Assembly: GCA_050115495.1 (NCBI GenBank)
Contig: JASFQK010000012.1
Location: 86,057-150,056 of the forward strand
DNA length: 64,000 nucleotides
Direction of reading: 5' to 3'
Source of the DNA: Phycisphaerae bacterium
Lineage (GTDB): Bacteria; Planctomycetota; Phycisphaerae; UBA1845; Fen-1342
The notes under the pieces are model-generated. The model did not search any database. It saw only the letters and a list, made by a program, of their open reading frames with translations, and had not been told where the DNA came from. Below are positions 1-9,793 of the stretch, piece after piece. How positions within the stretch are numbered: the stretch's first letter is position 1; each line of letters opens with the position of its first letter. The position numbers were made by a program, and so were the translations under genes.

Positions 1-2198
1 GGCCGGTGCAGCCCGATGCGGTACAGATCCGCCCGCACCGCCGGCAGCTCGAACCGCCGCAGCAGTTCGTCCACGTCGACCGCCTGCGGACTTGGGCTGG
101 CCATCATCAGGTAGTCGTTACTCGTCAGCTTCCACAACGACACCGAGCCGTACACGTCGAACAGCGTCCGCACCACCATGCGGAAGTCGTCCACCGACAT
201 CATGTACCCGTGCAGCCACACCGCCAGCAGCCCGTCGTCGGTGAGCCGCGCCCGGCTCAGCTCGAAGAACTCGCGCGTGAACAGGTTGGACACGCCGGCG
301 ATCCACGGGTTCGACGGCTCCGAGATGATGACGTCGTAGCGCACGTCCGTCAGCAGCAGATGGTTCCGGCCGTCGGCCCGCACCATTCGTACGCGCGGGT
401 CGTCGGTCAGCACGTGGTACGTGTACGGGGCGAACAGCGCCGCTGCCTTGATGACCTCGTCGCTGATCTCGACGCAATCGAGCTGTCGGAACTCGGGATA
501 GCGGGCCAGCGCGGCCAGCGTCATGCCCGATCCCAGTCCGATCACGCAGGCCCGCTCCTGCCTGCCGGCCACCAGCGCCGGCACGTGCCCGAGCAAGAGC
601 TGCGTGGTCATGTCTCGCGGCCCGGTCGAGGCATCCGGCTTGCCGTTGACGGTGAGGGCGATGTGTTCGGCGTGCCCGACCGACTGCAGCACGGCCACCG
701 TCATGTCCACGCCTTCGCCGTAGTACACGACTTCCCGGTGTTGTATGAGTTTCTCGACGTCGCCCTGGATGAAATACGGCGCGATCGTGAGCAAGCGCGG
801 GTCCCAGCGGCCCGCCCCGACCGCCACCACCGGGATCAGCACCAGCACTCCCGCCGGCAGCAGCAGCCGTCGCACGAGGAACGATCCCGCCGTCGGCCGC
901 GCGCTGAACCACAATGCCGCCCCCGCGACGCCGTTGAGCGCACTCGCCAGCACGATCGAGCTCTGCACGCCCAGCACGTCGCTGCGAATCAGCACAAAGC
1001 CCGCCAGGAACGAGCCGGCAATCGTACCCAACGTATTCACCGCGTACGCCCGGCCGGTCACGGCTCCCGCCTCGTCACCGGCGCCCGCCAGGGCGCGAAT
1101 CACCAGCGGGAAGATCGCCCCCATCAGCAGCGTCGGCACGATCGTCACGGCCAGCACCAGCAGGAACTCCCAGCGCAGCAGCGCCCCGTAGTCCTGGTAG
1201 TGCTCCGCGACAAGCGAGCGCACGAACAGCGGGATGTACCCGTGCAACGGCACGATCAGCACCGCGATCAGGCCGATCGCCAGCTCCAGTCCGCCGAGAA
1301 TCAGCACCGGATCCGTCCAGCGGTCCGCCCAGCGGGCCACGATCAGGCTGCCCAGCGCCAATCCGAGGATGAACGCCGCCAGGATACACGTGAACGAATA
1401 CGTGCTCGACCCGAGCGACATGATCAGCGCCCGCGTCCACGTGATCTGGTAGACCATCGCCGCGAAGCCCGACACGGCGAACGCGACGAGCACGATCGCC
1501 CGCACGCCAGGCGTCAGCGGCGGAGCGCTGGGTTCGTCGCCGGCTGTCGTCGCCGGCACCGGTCGTGAACGCACCGGCCGCCACAGCCATACCAGCGCCG
1601 TCAGCCCGATCGCCGCGTTGACGGCCGCGGCCAGCCACGTCGTATGTCGCAGTCCGAACGTCGGAATCAGCCACAGCCCCGCCGCCAGCACGCCGAGCAC
1701 CGCCCCGAACGTATTGATTCCGTACAGGTGCCCGACGCTCTGTCCCAGTCGTCCACCGGCCAGCGTCACGTGCCGCACCAGGATCGGCAGTGTCGCTCCC
1801 ATGCACGTCGTCGGAATCAAGAGCACGAGGCCGCTCGCCGCGAACCGCAGCGCCGTCAGCAGCGCCGGCATCTCCGCCACGTGCGGATACAGCCCGCGGT
1901 ACAACGGCTCGGCCAGCGTCAGCAGCCACGGCACGAGCAGCGCGTACGCGCCGATCCCGATCTCCAGCAATCCGTACACCCGCCCCGGTGCCTCCAGCCG
2001 CCGGCACCACCGCCCGCCCAGGTAGCTGCCCAGGCCGAGCCCGGCCATGAACGCCACCAGCACGGTCGTAATCGCATACGTGGTTCCCCCGAACACGAAG
2101 ACGAGCTGCCGCACCCAGACCAGTTCGTAGACCAGCCCCGCCGCACCGGAGAGCAGGAAAAGAACGTACAGCACCGCCTGACGCACACCGCACCTCAT
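1..2198 (-). CDS. Fused MFS-like membrane domain / spermidine synthase-like SAM-dependent domain protein (3' end runs off the window)
   Basis: Own translation from ATG at 2198 gives MRCGVRQAVLYVLFLLSGAAGLVYELVWVRQLVFVFGGTTYA..., then many TM helices, then VIGLGSGMT, DCVEIS, DGRNHL and YDVIISEPSNPW. I saw no in-frame stop, which would explain its absence from the ORF track. Confidence 0.85.
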   Translation of the reverse strand, partial: MRCGVRQAVLYVLFLLSGAAGLVYELVWVRQLVFVFGGTTYAITTVLVAFMAGLGLGSYLGGRWCRRLEAPGRVYGLLEIGIGAYALLVPWLLTLAEPLYRGLYPHVAEMPALLTALRFAASGLVLLIPTTCMGATLPILVRHVTLAGGRLGQSVGHLYGINTFGAVLGVLAAGLWLIPTFGLRHTTWLAAAVNAAIGLTALVWLWRPVRSRPVPATTAGDEPSAPPLTPGVRAIVLVAFAVSGFAAMVYQITWTRALIMSLGSSTYSFTCILAAFILGLALGSLIVARWADRWTDPVLILGGLELAIGLIAVLIVPLHGYIPLFVRSLVAEHYQDYGALLRWEFLLVLAVTIVPTLLMGAIFPLVIRALAGAGDEAGAVTGRAYAVNTLGTIAGSFLAGFVLIRSDVLGVQSSIVLASALNGVAGAALWFSARPTAGSFLVRRLLLPAGVLVLIPVVAVGAGRWDPRLLTIAPYFIQGDVEKLIQHREVVYYGEGVDMTVAVLQSVGHAEHIALTVNGKPDASTGPRDMTTQLLLGHVPALVAGRQERACVIGLGSGMTLAALARYPEFRQLDCVEISDEVIKAAALFAPYTYHVLTDDPRVRMVRADGRNHLLLTDVRYDVIISEPSNPWIAGVSNLFTREFFELSRARLTDDGLLAVWLHGYMMSVDDFRMVVRTLFDVYGSVSLWKLTSNDYLMMASPSPQAVDVDELLRRFELPAVRADLYRIGLHR

Positions 2199-2283
2199 CA
2201 CCACGATCGTGCGATTAGAGCGCACGCCACACCCCGCGTCAATCCGGTGTCCCCCGTCCCCCTCCGCCGGCATGCCCCGTGGC

Positions 2284-5200
2284 TCACGAAGCCGGCTTGT
2301 CTTCCGTCTCCGGCGTTGCCGACGTGTCCGTCGTTGCTTGCAGCCGCGTCAGCCGCCGCTGCCAAGCCGATCGTCGCCGCAGTGGATTCCGCACAAACAT
2401 CAGCAGGCCGATCCCGCCCACGCCGACCAGGGCGATCAGTCCGGCCAATACCGCGTGCCGTTCGCGGTTCCGGCCGGCGATCTTCTCGACCGTCACGCCT
2501 CGCAGCACGAGCGAGGGGGCCGTCGTCGTCTGTCCCGCCAGAGCCTGCTGCTTCGCCAGCGCCTCCAGGTCCTTGCCAATCCGGGCGAGTTCCGCGTCGC
2601 AGTGGCTCAGTTCGAGCTCCGCCGCGGCCCGCTGGGCGACCTCTTCCTCCAGACTGCGCAGCCGGTCCAGCGCCGCGCTGAACTCGCTCAGCAGCGTCTC
2701 CCGCCGTTGCTCGGCCGCCTCGACCGCCTGCTGAACTTCGAGGACGTGGGCCGCGTGCTCGGCCCGGGCTTTCTCGTCCGCCTCGAATTGCAGCCGTTGC
2801 CGGATCGACGCCTCACGCTGCTCCATCCGCGTTCTCAGCCCGCGAAGCTGCCGGTCGAGCGCGTCCAGCCGGAAGTTCTTCGCCAGGTCGGTCTGCCCCG
2901 AGGCCTCGACCAGCGCCGCCAGGGATGTGCTGATCTTGCTCAGCTCATCCCGCAGCAGGGCGGCGACCACCACCGACCGCGTCCCACCGTCGGAAGCTTC
3001 CGTCAGCTCCTTCAGGTGCCCGTTCAGCTTCTCGATCAGCGACCGCCCCAGCCCGGCGAGCTGCGCCGTCTCGTCGTACGCCGTATGCTGCTGGCGGATG
3101 AGGTCGGCGATCTGCTCCTCCGGTTCGAGTTCCCGCGCCCCCTCGATCAGCGTTTGCCAGCGTTCCCGGGCCGCACCCAGTGTTTTGTCCGCCTCGGCGA
3201 TTTCCGCCGCACATTGCTCCAAAACCGTCGCCAGCGCCGCCGGCGGCTGAAGCTGCCGCTGCTCCTCCAGCGTCGTCCCGAACGCCCGCACCACCCGCTG
3301 AAACTCGCTCAGCGGATCCACGACCAGCAGCAGGGCCACCGTCAATTCGCTGCGGTAGCTCGTGGCGTTGGCTCGAAACTCCTTCGCGTCCTCGTTGTGC
3401 ACGTCGTCCGTCGCCAGACCGGTCGCCATCGCGACGGGCGACACCGTCCCCCGCGGCACCGGCCCGCCGAGTAGAACCGACAATTCGCCCCGCTGCTGCA
3501 CAAGCGCTTCGCTGAGCGCCTCGAACTCCTCGCGCAGCCGATCGGCAGTCTCCCGCGCCTCGTCCCGCTGTGCCACGGTGGCCAGCGCCGCCGCCTGCGT
3601 GGCGTGCACCTGCCGCCGATCCTGCCAAGTCTTCCGCTCGGCCTCGAGCGCCGCCGCCCGCGCGGTCAGATCCGGTCCCGCCGAGCTGCCCGGCTCGGCC
3701 GGCATATTCGCCCCTGCCTCGCAGTAGCCGGTGGCCACCCAGGTCACCACGTCCCGAACGTCCGTGGCATTCGGCCCATCCAGCGACACCCGCAGCGCCG
3801 GCCCGTTCGTTCCCTCCGCCAGGTTCACGTCGGCCGCCGCCCACGTCCCCGTCAGGGCTTCCTCCCCCAGCAGCTCGGCCACCGCGTCCGGCCGCTGCAA
3901 CCGCCGCCGATGTGCTTCGACAACTTCCTGCGCCGCCGGGCTGTCGCCGCTCAACGCCATCTCGGCCATGGCCCGGTACACCGGCGTCTCCGTCCGCCAC
4001 CAGACGTATCCCGCGACCAACCCCGCCAGCACGGCCAGCACGGCCGCCCGCCGTTGCCAATGCGGCGGCGCAACCAGGGGCTCGACCAGTACCGGCGTCG
4101 GCACCGATGTCGGGGCTTCAGCCGGGGTCGCCTCCGCCGGTTTCTCGGCCAATGCTTCCTGCATCCGCGCCAACTCAGCTCCGGCCTCTTCCCGCTGTCG
4201 CCTAAGCTCCGTCTGCGCCACGGTCAATGTCCCCCGTTGCTGTTCCAGCTCGGCCCGCTCTACTTCCACCGAAAGCTGCCGTTGCCGGATCTCCGCGTCA
4301 CGTGCCTCGGCCTGTTCTTGCAGGTTGGTTGTTTCGGCCCGCCGCTGCTCGATCGCGTGCAGCCGCTCTTCCGCTTGCCGCGTCAGCTCGTCCAGCGTCC
4401 CGCGCTTCGCCACCATGTCGGCTTCGATTTCCGCCAGTCGCTGCGCTTCTGTCTGGAGCGTGGCGGCCCGGGCCCGAAGCTGCTGGTCGTAGCTCTCCAG
4501 CCGCCGCAGCCGCTGCTCGAACGTGGCCTGCTGTGCCTGGAGGATACGCCGCCGCCCCTCGATCTCTTCCGCCCGGCGGGCCAGCGTCGTCCGCTCCGAC
4601 CGCGTCTCACGCCAGCGCTGGTCCAGCTCCTGCTGCCGCCGAACGAGCGTGTATCGTTGGTTTTCGAGTTCCCCCAGCGCCTCATCGACGCCGCCCCCCT
4701 GCTCCCCGCCGCCACCACTGCGGTTGGTTCCGTGCTGCCGGGCTTGCGTCTCGACCGCCCGGGCGTGCAGTTCGGCCATCTCCCGCTGGAGTGCCGTCCG
4801 CCGGGCCTGAAGCTGCTGCTCGTACTGCTCGAGCTCGGTGCTCCGCGTCCGCAGGGTGGAGGCCTGTTGTTCGAGCTCCTGCCGCTGCTTCACCACGTCG
4901 CCATGGGCTCGGGCAACCCGCCGCTCCAGTTCGCTTTCGCGCTTTCGAACCTTCGTGATCCGCTGCCGCAGCCGCCGCCGCTGTTCCTGGTGCTCCTGCG
5001 TGATCGCCTGGGCATGCCGCTGCAACCGCTGCAACTCGCCGGAGATCTCGCGCTGGGCCTGCTCCTGCTCGACCTGGCGCACGGTCAACTTCTGTTCGAG
5101 CTCATCGAGCCGAGCGGCGCGGGCCGTCAGGTCGACCGCCTGGGCGTCGAGCTCGTCGCTGCGCCGCCGGAGCCGGGCCTGGGCCGCCGCCCACTCCTGC

Positions 5201-5436
5201 TCCGCGGCGTCACGGGCCGCCCGTTCGAGCTGCTCGTAGGCCGCCTCGCTGGCCGCTTCCCGTTCGCCCTGGCTGCGTTCGTGGCCGGACAGCTTGTCGA
5301 TCCGCTCGCGGATTTCCCCCACGATCGGGCGCATTCGCTCACGCACATCGTCGGCGCCACCGGGGCGCGACGACCCGCGCTCCCCGCTTCCGCCTCGCGT
5401 TCGTTTCCCTTGTTCGGGCGACCTGTCCATCACCAC
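2284..5436 (-). CDS. Large coiled-coil membrane protein with a Wzz/GumC-like two-TM C-terminal half
   Basis: 1050 aa: ~440 aa of E/Q/R-rich heptads, a TM (AAVLAVLAGLVAGYVWW) followed by TPVYRAMAEM, a second long coiled coil and a C-terminal TM (VLAGLIALVGVGGIGLLMFV). Confidence 0.7.
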   Translation of the reverse strand: MVMDRSPEQGKRTRGGSGERGSSRPGGADDVRERMRPIVGEIRERIDKLSGHERSQGEREAASEAAYEQLERAARDAAEQEWAAAQARLRRRSDELDAQAVDLTARAARLDELEQKLTVRQVEQEQAQREISGELQRLQRHAQAITQEHQEQRRRLRQRITKVRKRESELERRVARAHGDVVKQRQELEQQASTLRTRSTELEQYEQQLQARRTALQREMAELHARAVETQARQHGTNRSGGGGEQGGGVDEALGELENQRYTLVRRQQELDQRWRETRSERTTLARRAEEIEGRRRILQAQQATFEQRLRRLESYDQQLRARAATLQTEAQRLAEIEADMVAKRGTLDELTRQAEERLHAIEQRRAETTNLQEQAEARDAEIRQRQLSVEVERAELEQQRGTLTVAQTELRRQREEAGAELARMQEALAEKPAEATPAEAPTSVPTPVLVEPLVAPPHWQRRAAVLAVLAGLVAGYVWWRTETPVYRAMAEMALSGDSPAAQEVVEAHRRRLQRPDAVAELLGEEALTGTWAAADVNLAEGTNGPALRVSLDGPNATDVRDVVTWVATGYCEAGANMPAEPGSSAGPDLTARAAALEAERKTWQDRRQVHATQAAALATVAQRDEARETADRLREEFEALSEALVQQRGELSVLLGGPVPRGTVSPVAMATGLATDDVHNEDAKEFRANATSYRSELTVALLLVVDPLSEFQRVVRAFGTTLEEQRQLQPPAALATVLEQCAAEIAEADKTLGAARERWQTLIEGARELEPEEQIADLIRQQHTAYDETAQLAGLGRSLIEKLNGHLKELTEASDGGTRSVVVAALLRDELSKISTSLAALVEASGQTDLAKNFRLDALDRQLRGLRTRMEQREASIRQRLQFEADEKARAEHAAHVLEVQQAVEAAEQRRETLLSEFSAALDRLRSLEEEVAQRAAAELELSHCDAELARIGKDLEALAKQQALAGQTTTAPSLVLRGVTVEKIAGRNRERHAVLAGLIALVGVGGIGLLMFVRNPLRRRSAWQRRLTRLQATTDTSATPETEDKPAS

Positions 5437-5569
5437 GTCTGGTTAGCCCTGCCGGGCGTCTCCCTGATCCACCGCACGCCGTGGCCGCATTATACCCTAC
5501 CTATCGGCGTGGATTTCTCCCGCGGGCCACGCGCAGGAACCGCGCTTCTCTCCGCCGCCGTCCGCCGTC

Positions 5570-6286
5570 TCAGGCCAGCCGGCCCAGTTGCTTCAGCGTG
5601 GCCGCCAGGTCCCGGGGCAGCGGCGCCCAGACGCTCATCCGCTCCCCGCTGGCCGGCGAGACGAACTCGGCCGCCGCCGCATGTAGCGTCAGCCGGGCAC
5701 ATAGCGGCCGCTCCTCCTGCCGCCGATTCGGACGATACCCCGACTTGTAGAACGAAAGCAACAGGGGCTGCTCGCTGCCGTACTGGCTGTCCACGCTGAC
5801 GGGATGCCCGATCGCCGCGAGGTGGGCCCGCACCTGCTGCCGCCGCTCGGCATCCGGCCGGCATTCCAGCCACGTATTCCCCGCCACCCGTTCGACCACC
5901 CGGTACGTCGTCCGCACGGATTTCCCCCGCCCACCGGCGGCCTCCAGCCGCTGGCTCCGCCGATCGAACCGTAGCGGCAGGTCGACTTCGCCGTTTTCCG
6001 TCACGTAGCCACTGACCAACGCGTGGTAGACGATCGTGGCCCCGCCGTTGGCGAGCTGTCCCCGCAACGCCTCATACGCCGCATCCGACCGGGCACACAG
6101 CATCACCCCGCTCGCGCCCCCGTCCGGCCGATAGGCCACCCGCAGCCGCTCGTCCCCGGCCAGTTCCGGCAGCCGCCGAAGATCGCTCTCCGTCACCTCG
6201 CCCTCGCCGCCCGGCTGGTCCACGACGGCGCACTGCTCGTCTACGTACAGGATCGCCAGCGAAGATGGAGCGGAGCGCTTGCTCAT
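5570..6286 (-). CDS. RluA-family RNA pseudouridine synthase (degenerate motifs)
   Basis: ILYVDEQCAVVDQPGG, YRPDGGASGV (HRLD-like), YHALVSG, QQVRAHLAAIGHP..D..YG and LHA. The start overlaps the upstream stop (TGATG). Confidence 0.8.
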   Translation of the reverse strand: MSKRSAPSSLAILYVDEQCAVVDQPGGEGEVTESDLRRLPELAGDERLRVAYRPDGGASGVMLCARSDAAYEALRGQLANGGATIVYHALVSGYVTENGEVDLPLRFDRRSQRLEAAGGRGKSVRTTYRVVERVAGNTWLECRPDAERRQQVRAHLAAIGHPVSVDSQYGSEQPLLLSFYKSGYRPNRRQEERPLCARLTLHAAAAEFVSPASGERMSVWAPLPRDLAATLKQLGRLA

Positions 6287-8124
6287 CAGGGCGTGTGGTC
6301 TTCCCGGGGCACCAGGTGCAACTGAACCGAGCGTTCCCCGAGCACCGTCACCCCGTCCGGCACGTCGAATTGCACCCGCCGCAGCACCGGATTCGGCGTC
6401 AGCAGGTCGCTGGTGATGGTGACGTAGGCCCGCACGTCCCGGGGCTGGAGTGCATTGACCACCGATTCATCCCCCGCCACCTCGATCTCGATCAGCCATT
6501 CCTGCGGATCCGCCCGCACCACCTGGTACCCGTCGAGCATCTCCGGAATCGCCGAATACTCCACCGGCACCCGCGACAGCCGCCGGGTCGCCCGTTGCCC
6601 CACGATGTGCAGCGACAGATCCACCTGCCGCGGCTGACGGTTGACCAGGGCTTTCCCGCGGATCCGCTCCGGCACCTGCACGCCCGGCAGCGTGATCGCC
6701 TGGCCCGGCACCGCCCGGCTGAGCTGCTCGCTCAGCGGCAGCACCAGAACGCGATCCGTCGGCGGCAACTCCTCGAGGTCCCCCCGCCGCAGCGTCACCT
6801 GCACTTCCGCCGGCTCGATCCGCAGGTTTTCCACCCGTGCCGTTCCCGTGTCCGCGCTAACCGGCAGCGAAACCGTCACCAGCTCCTGCACCCGGAAGTT
6901 CAGCGACCCCGGCGACACGTCCGCCACCGACAGCCCCCGCGCCCGGATCTTCGGCAGGCTGTTGATCAACTCCACGGCCGAACGCTGGTTGACCTCGTTC
7001 GCCCCCAGCCGGTAGTCCTCCGCCACCCAGTCCACGCGCAAGGGATTCGCCGTCGTGTAGTCACGCAGCGCGTCGACCTCGCGGGCCGCCCCGCGGAACG
7101 TCACCTGGAAGATTGCCCCCTGCGGTTCGGCCACGTCCACGATCCGCTGCGGATCGTTGATCCGCACGTCGAGCTGCACCGCCACCGGTGCCGATTCCGT
7201 CTGCGTCCACTGGTTGGCCACGATCCAGATCGCCAGCGTCAGCGGCACGACCACCATCAGCCGCCGCAGCACACGCCACGCCCGTCGCGCCAGCGGCCGC
7301 CGCTCCTTGCTCTCCGGCGTGCTCGTCACCGGCACGCCGCTCAGCCGCGCCGTCAGCTCGTCCGCCAGATCGTCGAGCGACAGAAAGCGGGTCAGTTTGC
7401 CGTTGTCCGCCAGCGAGATCGTCCCCGTCTCTTCCGAGACCACCAGCACCAAGGCGTCCGACTCGTAGCTCATGCCCAATGCCGCCAGGTGTCGGCTGCC
7501 CAGGGCCGTCCCCACCTCGTCGCTTTCGGCCACCGGGAACTGGCAATTCGCCGCCACCGCCCGGTTGCCGGCGATCACCACGCCCAGATCGTGCAGCGGC
7601 GAGTTCGGGAAGAAGATCGTGTTCAACAGGTTGGCCGACACTTCGGCGTTCAGCAGCGTGCCCTTCTCGGCCCAGCCGCTCAGATCCACCGCCCGCTGTA
7701 TGGCCACCAGCCCCCCGTACCGGTTCTTCGACAAGTATCGCGCCGACTTCACCAGCGCCGTGATCACCTTCGACTGCCGCGTCCCGCGACGCAGGAACCC
7801 CACGTCGCCCGCCCGAATGACCGCCCGCCGCAATTCCGGCTGAAACGCCACCAGGGCGATGAACACCAGCCCGAGCACGAAGAATCGATACAGCAGTTCC
7901 AGCCGCGGCCAGCCGAACTGCGCCGCAATGATGTTCACCGCCAGCGTGGCGACCACCAGCACCGTCAGCACGCCGCGCAGCGGTCGGGTTCCCCGCGTAC
8001 CCTGCAGAACCCCCGCGCACCAGTTCACCGAGAGCCCGATCAGCAGCAGCTCGACCATGACCGGGATCGGCTCGCTGGCGATGGCTCGTAGCCCGCCCAG
8101 GGAGTCGAAGAACGTGTCGAACAT
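6286..8124 (-). CDS. cdaA: Diadenylate cyclase CdaA-like protein fused to C-terminal YbbR/CdaR-like repeats
   Basis: Three N-terminal TMs, FQPELRR, IFFPNSPLHDLGVVI, LGSRHLAALG and VVSEETGTIS, then a fourth TM and beta-rich repeats with V/I-x-P-x-x-V-x-V patterns. Confidence 0.8.
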   Translation of the reverse strand: MFDTFFDSLGGLRAIASEPIPVMVELLLIGLSVNWCAGVLQGTRGTRPLRGVLTVLVVATLAVNIIAAQFGWPRLELLYRFFVLGLVFIALVAFQPELRRAVIRAGDVGFLRRGTRQSKVITALVKSARYLSKNRYGGLVAIQRAVDLSGWAEKGTLLNAEVSANLLNTIFFPNSPLHDLGVVIAGNRAVAANCQFPVAESDEVGTALGSRHLAALGMSYESDALVLVVSEETGTISLADNGKLTRFLSLDDLADELTARLSGVPVTSTPESKERRPLARRAWRVLRRLMVVVPLTLAIWIVANQWTQTESAPVAVQLDVRINDPQRIVDVAEPQGAIFQVTFRGAAREVDALRDYTTANPLRVDWVAEDYRLGANEVNQRSAVELINSLPKIRARGLSVADVSPGSLNFRVQELVTVSLPVSADTGTARVENLRIEPAEVQVTLRRGDLEELPPTDRVLVLPLSEQLSRAVPGQAITLPGVQVPERIRGKALVNRQPRQVDLSLHIVGQRATRRLSRVPVEYSAIPEMLDGYQVVRADPQEWLIEIEVAGDESVVNALQPRDVRAYVTITSDLLTPNPVLRRVQFDVPDGVTVLGERSVQLHLVPREDHTP

Positions 8125-8207
8125 CTTCGCCAGAGTATAGAATGAGCGTCGCCGGCTGCAATCACGGCCAGCCGCGGCCGGCGGATTTCCCCGGGAGAGC
8201 CGGCAGC

Positions 8208-8984
8208 ATGAACGCTGAAATCCCTGTCCAGCGACTCCGCGACAACCTGCAACGGGTCCGCGAGACCGTTCAGCAGGCCTGTGCCCGCGCCGGCCGCTCG
8301 CCCGATTCCGTCTGCCTCGTCGCCGTCACCAAGTACGTCGAGCCCGCCGTTATCCGCGCCCTGCTCGCCGCCGGTGCCACCGAGATCGGCGAAAACCGCG
8401 TCCAACAGCTCTCCGCCCGGGCCACCGAGCTCGGTGCCCGCCACGGTCCCTGGCGCGACCCGTCGGAGATCGCCACCGCCCCGCCCGATCCGCTGCCCCG
8501 CTGGCACATGATCGGCAACCTCCAGCGGAACAAGGTCAAGGCCCTGCTGCCCCACGCCCGCATCATCCACTCCCTCGATTCCATTCGCCTCGCCGACGAG
8601 CTCGCCCGCGCCGCCGCGGCGGCCGGCACCGTCGTCGACGCCTTCATCGAGGTCAACGTCGCCGGCGAGGCCAGCAAGAGCGGCCTCCCGCCGGCGGAGC
8701 TGCCCGCCCTCGTGGACGCCGTCCAGGGCGCTCCACCCCTGCGGCTCCGCGGCCTGATGACCATGCCACCGTTCGACCTCGATCCGGAGGAGGCGCGTCC
8801 CCATTTCGCCCGTCTCCGGCGGTTGCTCGAAGACCTCCAGGCCCGCCGGGCGGTGGGGCCTGAGTGCGTCCACCTGTCGATGGGCATGAGCCTTGACTAC
8901 GCCGTCGCCATCGAGGAGGGGGCCACGTTCATCCGCGTCGGTTCGGCCCTGTTCGATGGCCTGTCGCCGGGCGAGACCCCGTGA
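8208..8984 (+). CDS. yggS: YggS-family PLP homeostasis protein
   Basis: LVAVTKY, GENRVQ, WHMIGNLQRNKVK, GLMTM, LSMGMS.D...AIEEGAT..RVGS.LF. Confidence 0.92.
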   Translation: MNAEIPVQRLRDNLQRVRETVQQACARAGRSPDSVCLVAVTKYVEPAVIRALLAAGATEIGENRVQQLSARATELGARHGPWRDPSEIATAPPDPLPRWHMIGNLQRNKVKALLPHARIIHSLDSIRLADELARAAAAAGTVVDAFIEVNVAGEASKSGLPPAELPALVDAVQGAPPLRLRGLMTMPPFDLDPEEARPHFARLRRLLEDLQARRAVGPECVHLSMGMSLDYAVAIEEGATFIRVGSALFDGLSPGETP

Positions 8985-8997
8985 GGAGTGCCCGGCC

Positions 8998-9261
8998 ATG
9001 AACGAGATCGATCCATTCGCCATTTTCCGCAACGTGTTGTTCGTCGCGGTGGCCGTCTACACGCTCGTGACCATGGCCGGCACGGTCACCCGTGTGGTGG
9101 TCATCCTCAGTGGCCATGACCCGCACAAGAAACTGCTCCGGGCGTGCGTGTCCTACCAGCTCGTGACCATCCGCATCCGGCCTCTCGTCGGCGAGTTACT
9201 CGAAATTGCTCTCTGGCTGGCTGTGCTCGTCGGGATCTGGCAGTTGCACGCCTTGTGTTGA
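8998..9261 (+). CDS. Small membrane protein (2 TM)
   Basis: GAGGAG RBS before ATG 8998, hydrophobic segments, and operon-like spacing after yggS. Confidence 0.65.
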   Translation: MNEIDPFAIFRNVLFVAVAVYTLVTMAGTVTRVVVILSGHDPHKKLLRACVSYQLVTIRIRPLVGELLEIALWLAVLVGIWQLHALC

Positions 9262-9274
9262 GGGAGGATCGTCC

Positions 9275-9778
9275 ATGGATGAGCAGCAGCCCCCGCGTCC
9301 GCCCGGCCCTCCGGAGCCACCCTCCGCCGGCGGCCGGCAGCGCAACTTCGTCGGCGGCGCCTTCCGCCATCTCGCCCGCGTCGGCCGCGAAATGCTCTCC
9401 GTCACCGTCGGACGCTGGCTCGACGAGCCGGAGCCCCCGCTGCCGACTCCGTCCGACGACCCGCCCGCCGCCGGCCAGCTCAAGGCCGCCAACCAGCGCG
9501 TCAACCTCCTGCACAACGTGACCGAAAAGCTGCGCGGCGCCGCCGACGGCTACATCGCCGCCAAGCTCGACGAGATCGAGGCCCGGGTCGACGCCAAGCT
9601 CAACCAGATCGAGCAGCGCATCGACCACAAGGTCGAGGAACTCCACGGCCAGTTGGCGGAAATGCGCGATCGCGAGCTCCGCCACCGCCTCCGCGTGCTC
9701 AAAATCACCCTCATGTTCACCGTGCTTGTCGCCCTTCTGTCGCTGGGGTATAAATGGATCGCTAGTCATTGGATGTGA
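9275..9778 (+). CDS. Hypothetical coiled-coil protein with C-terminal TM anchor
   Basis: GGAGG RBS, KLDEIEARVDAKLNQIEQRIDHKVEEL heptads and a C-terminal hydrophobic helix. Confidence 0.7.
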   Translation: MDEQQPPRPPGPPEPPSAGGRQRNFVGGAFRHLARVGREMLSVTVGRWLDEPEPPLPTPSDDPPAAGQLKAANQRVNLLHNVTEKLRGAADGYIAAKLDEIEARVDAKLNQIEQRIDHKVEELHGQLAEMRDRELRHRLRVLKITLMFTVLVALLSLGYKWIASHWM

Positions 9779-9793
9779 TCCGAGGAACGCTCG

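Noticed and set aside
6..1568. 520-aa plus-strand ORF and other long antisense ORFs (e.g. 3604..5799, 6265..8091, 29622..32468, 57634..59409, 61881..63635)
   Set aside because: They are shadows of well-supported genes on the opposite strand in high-GC DNA; they are R/H/V-rich with no recognisable motifs.
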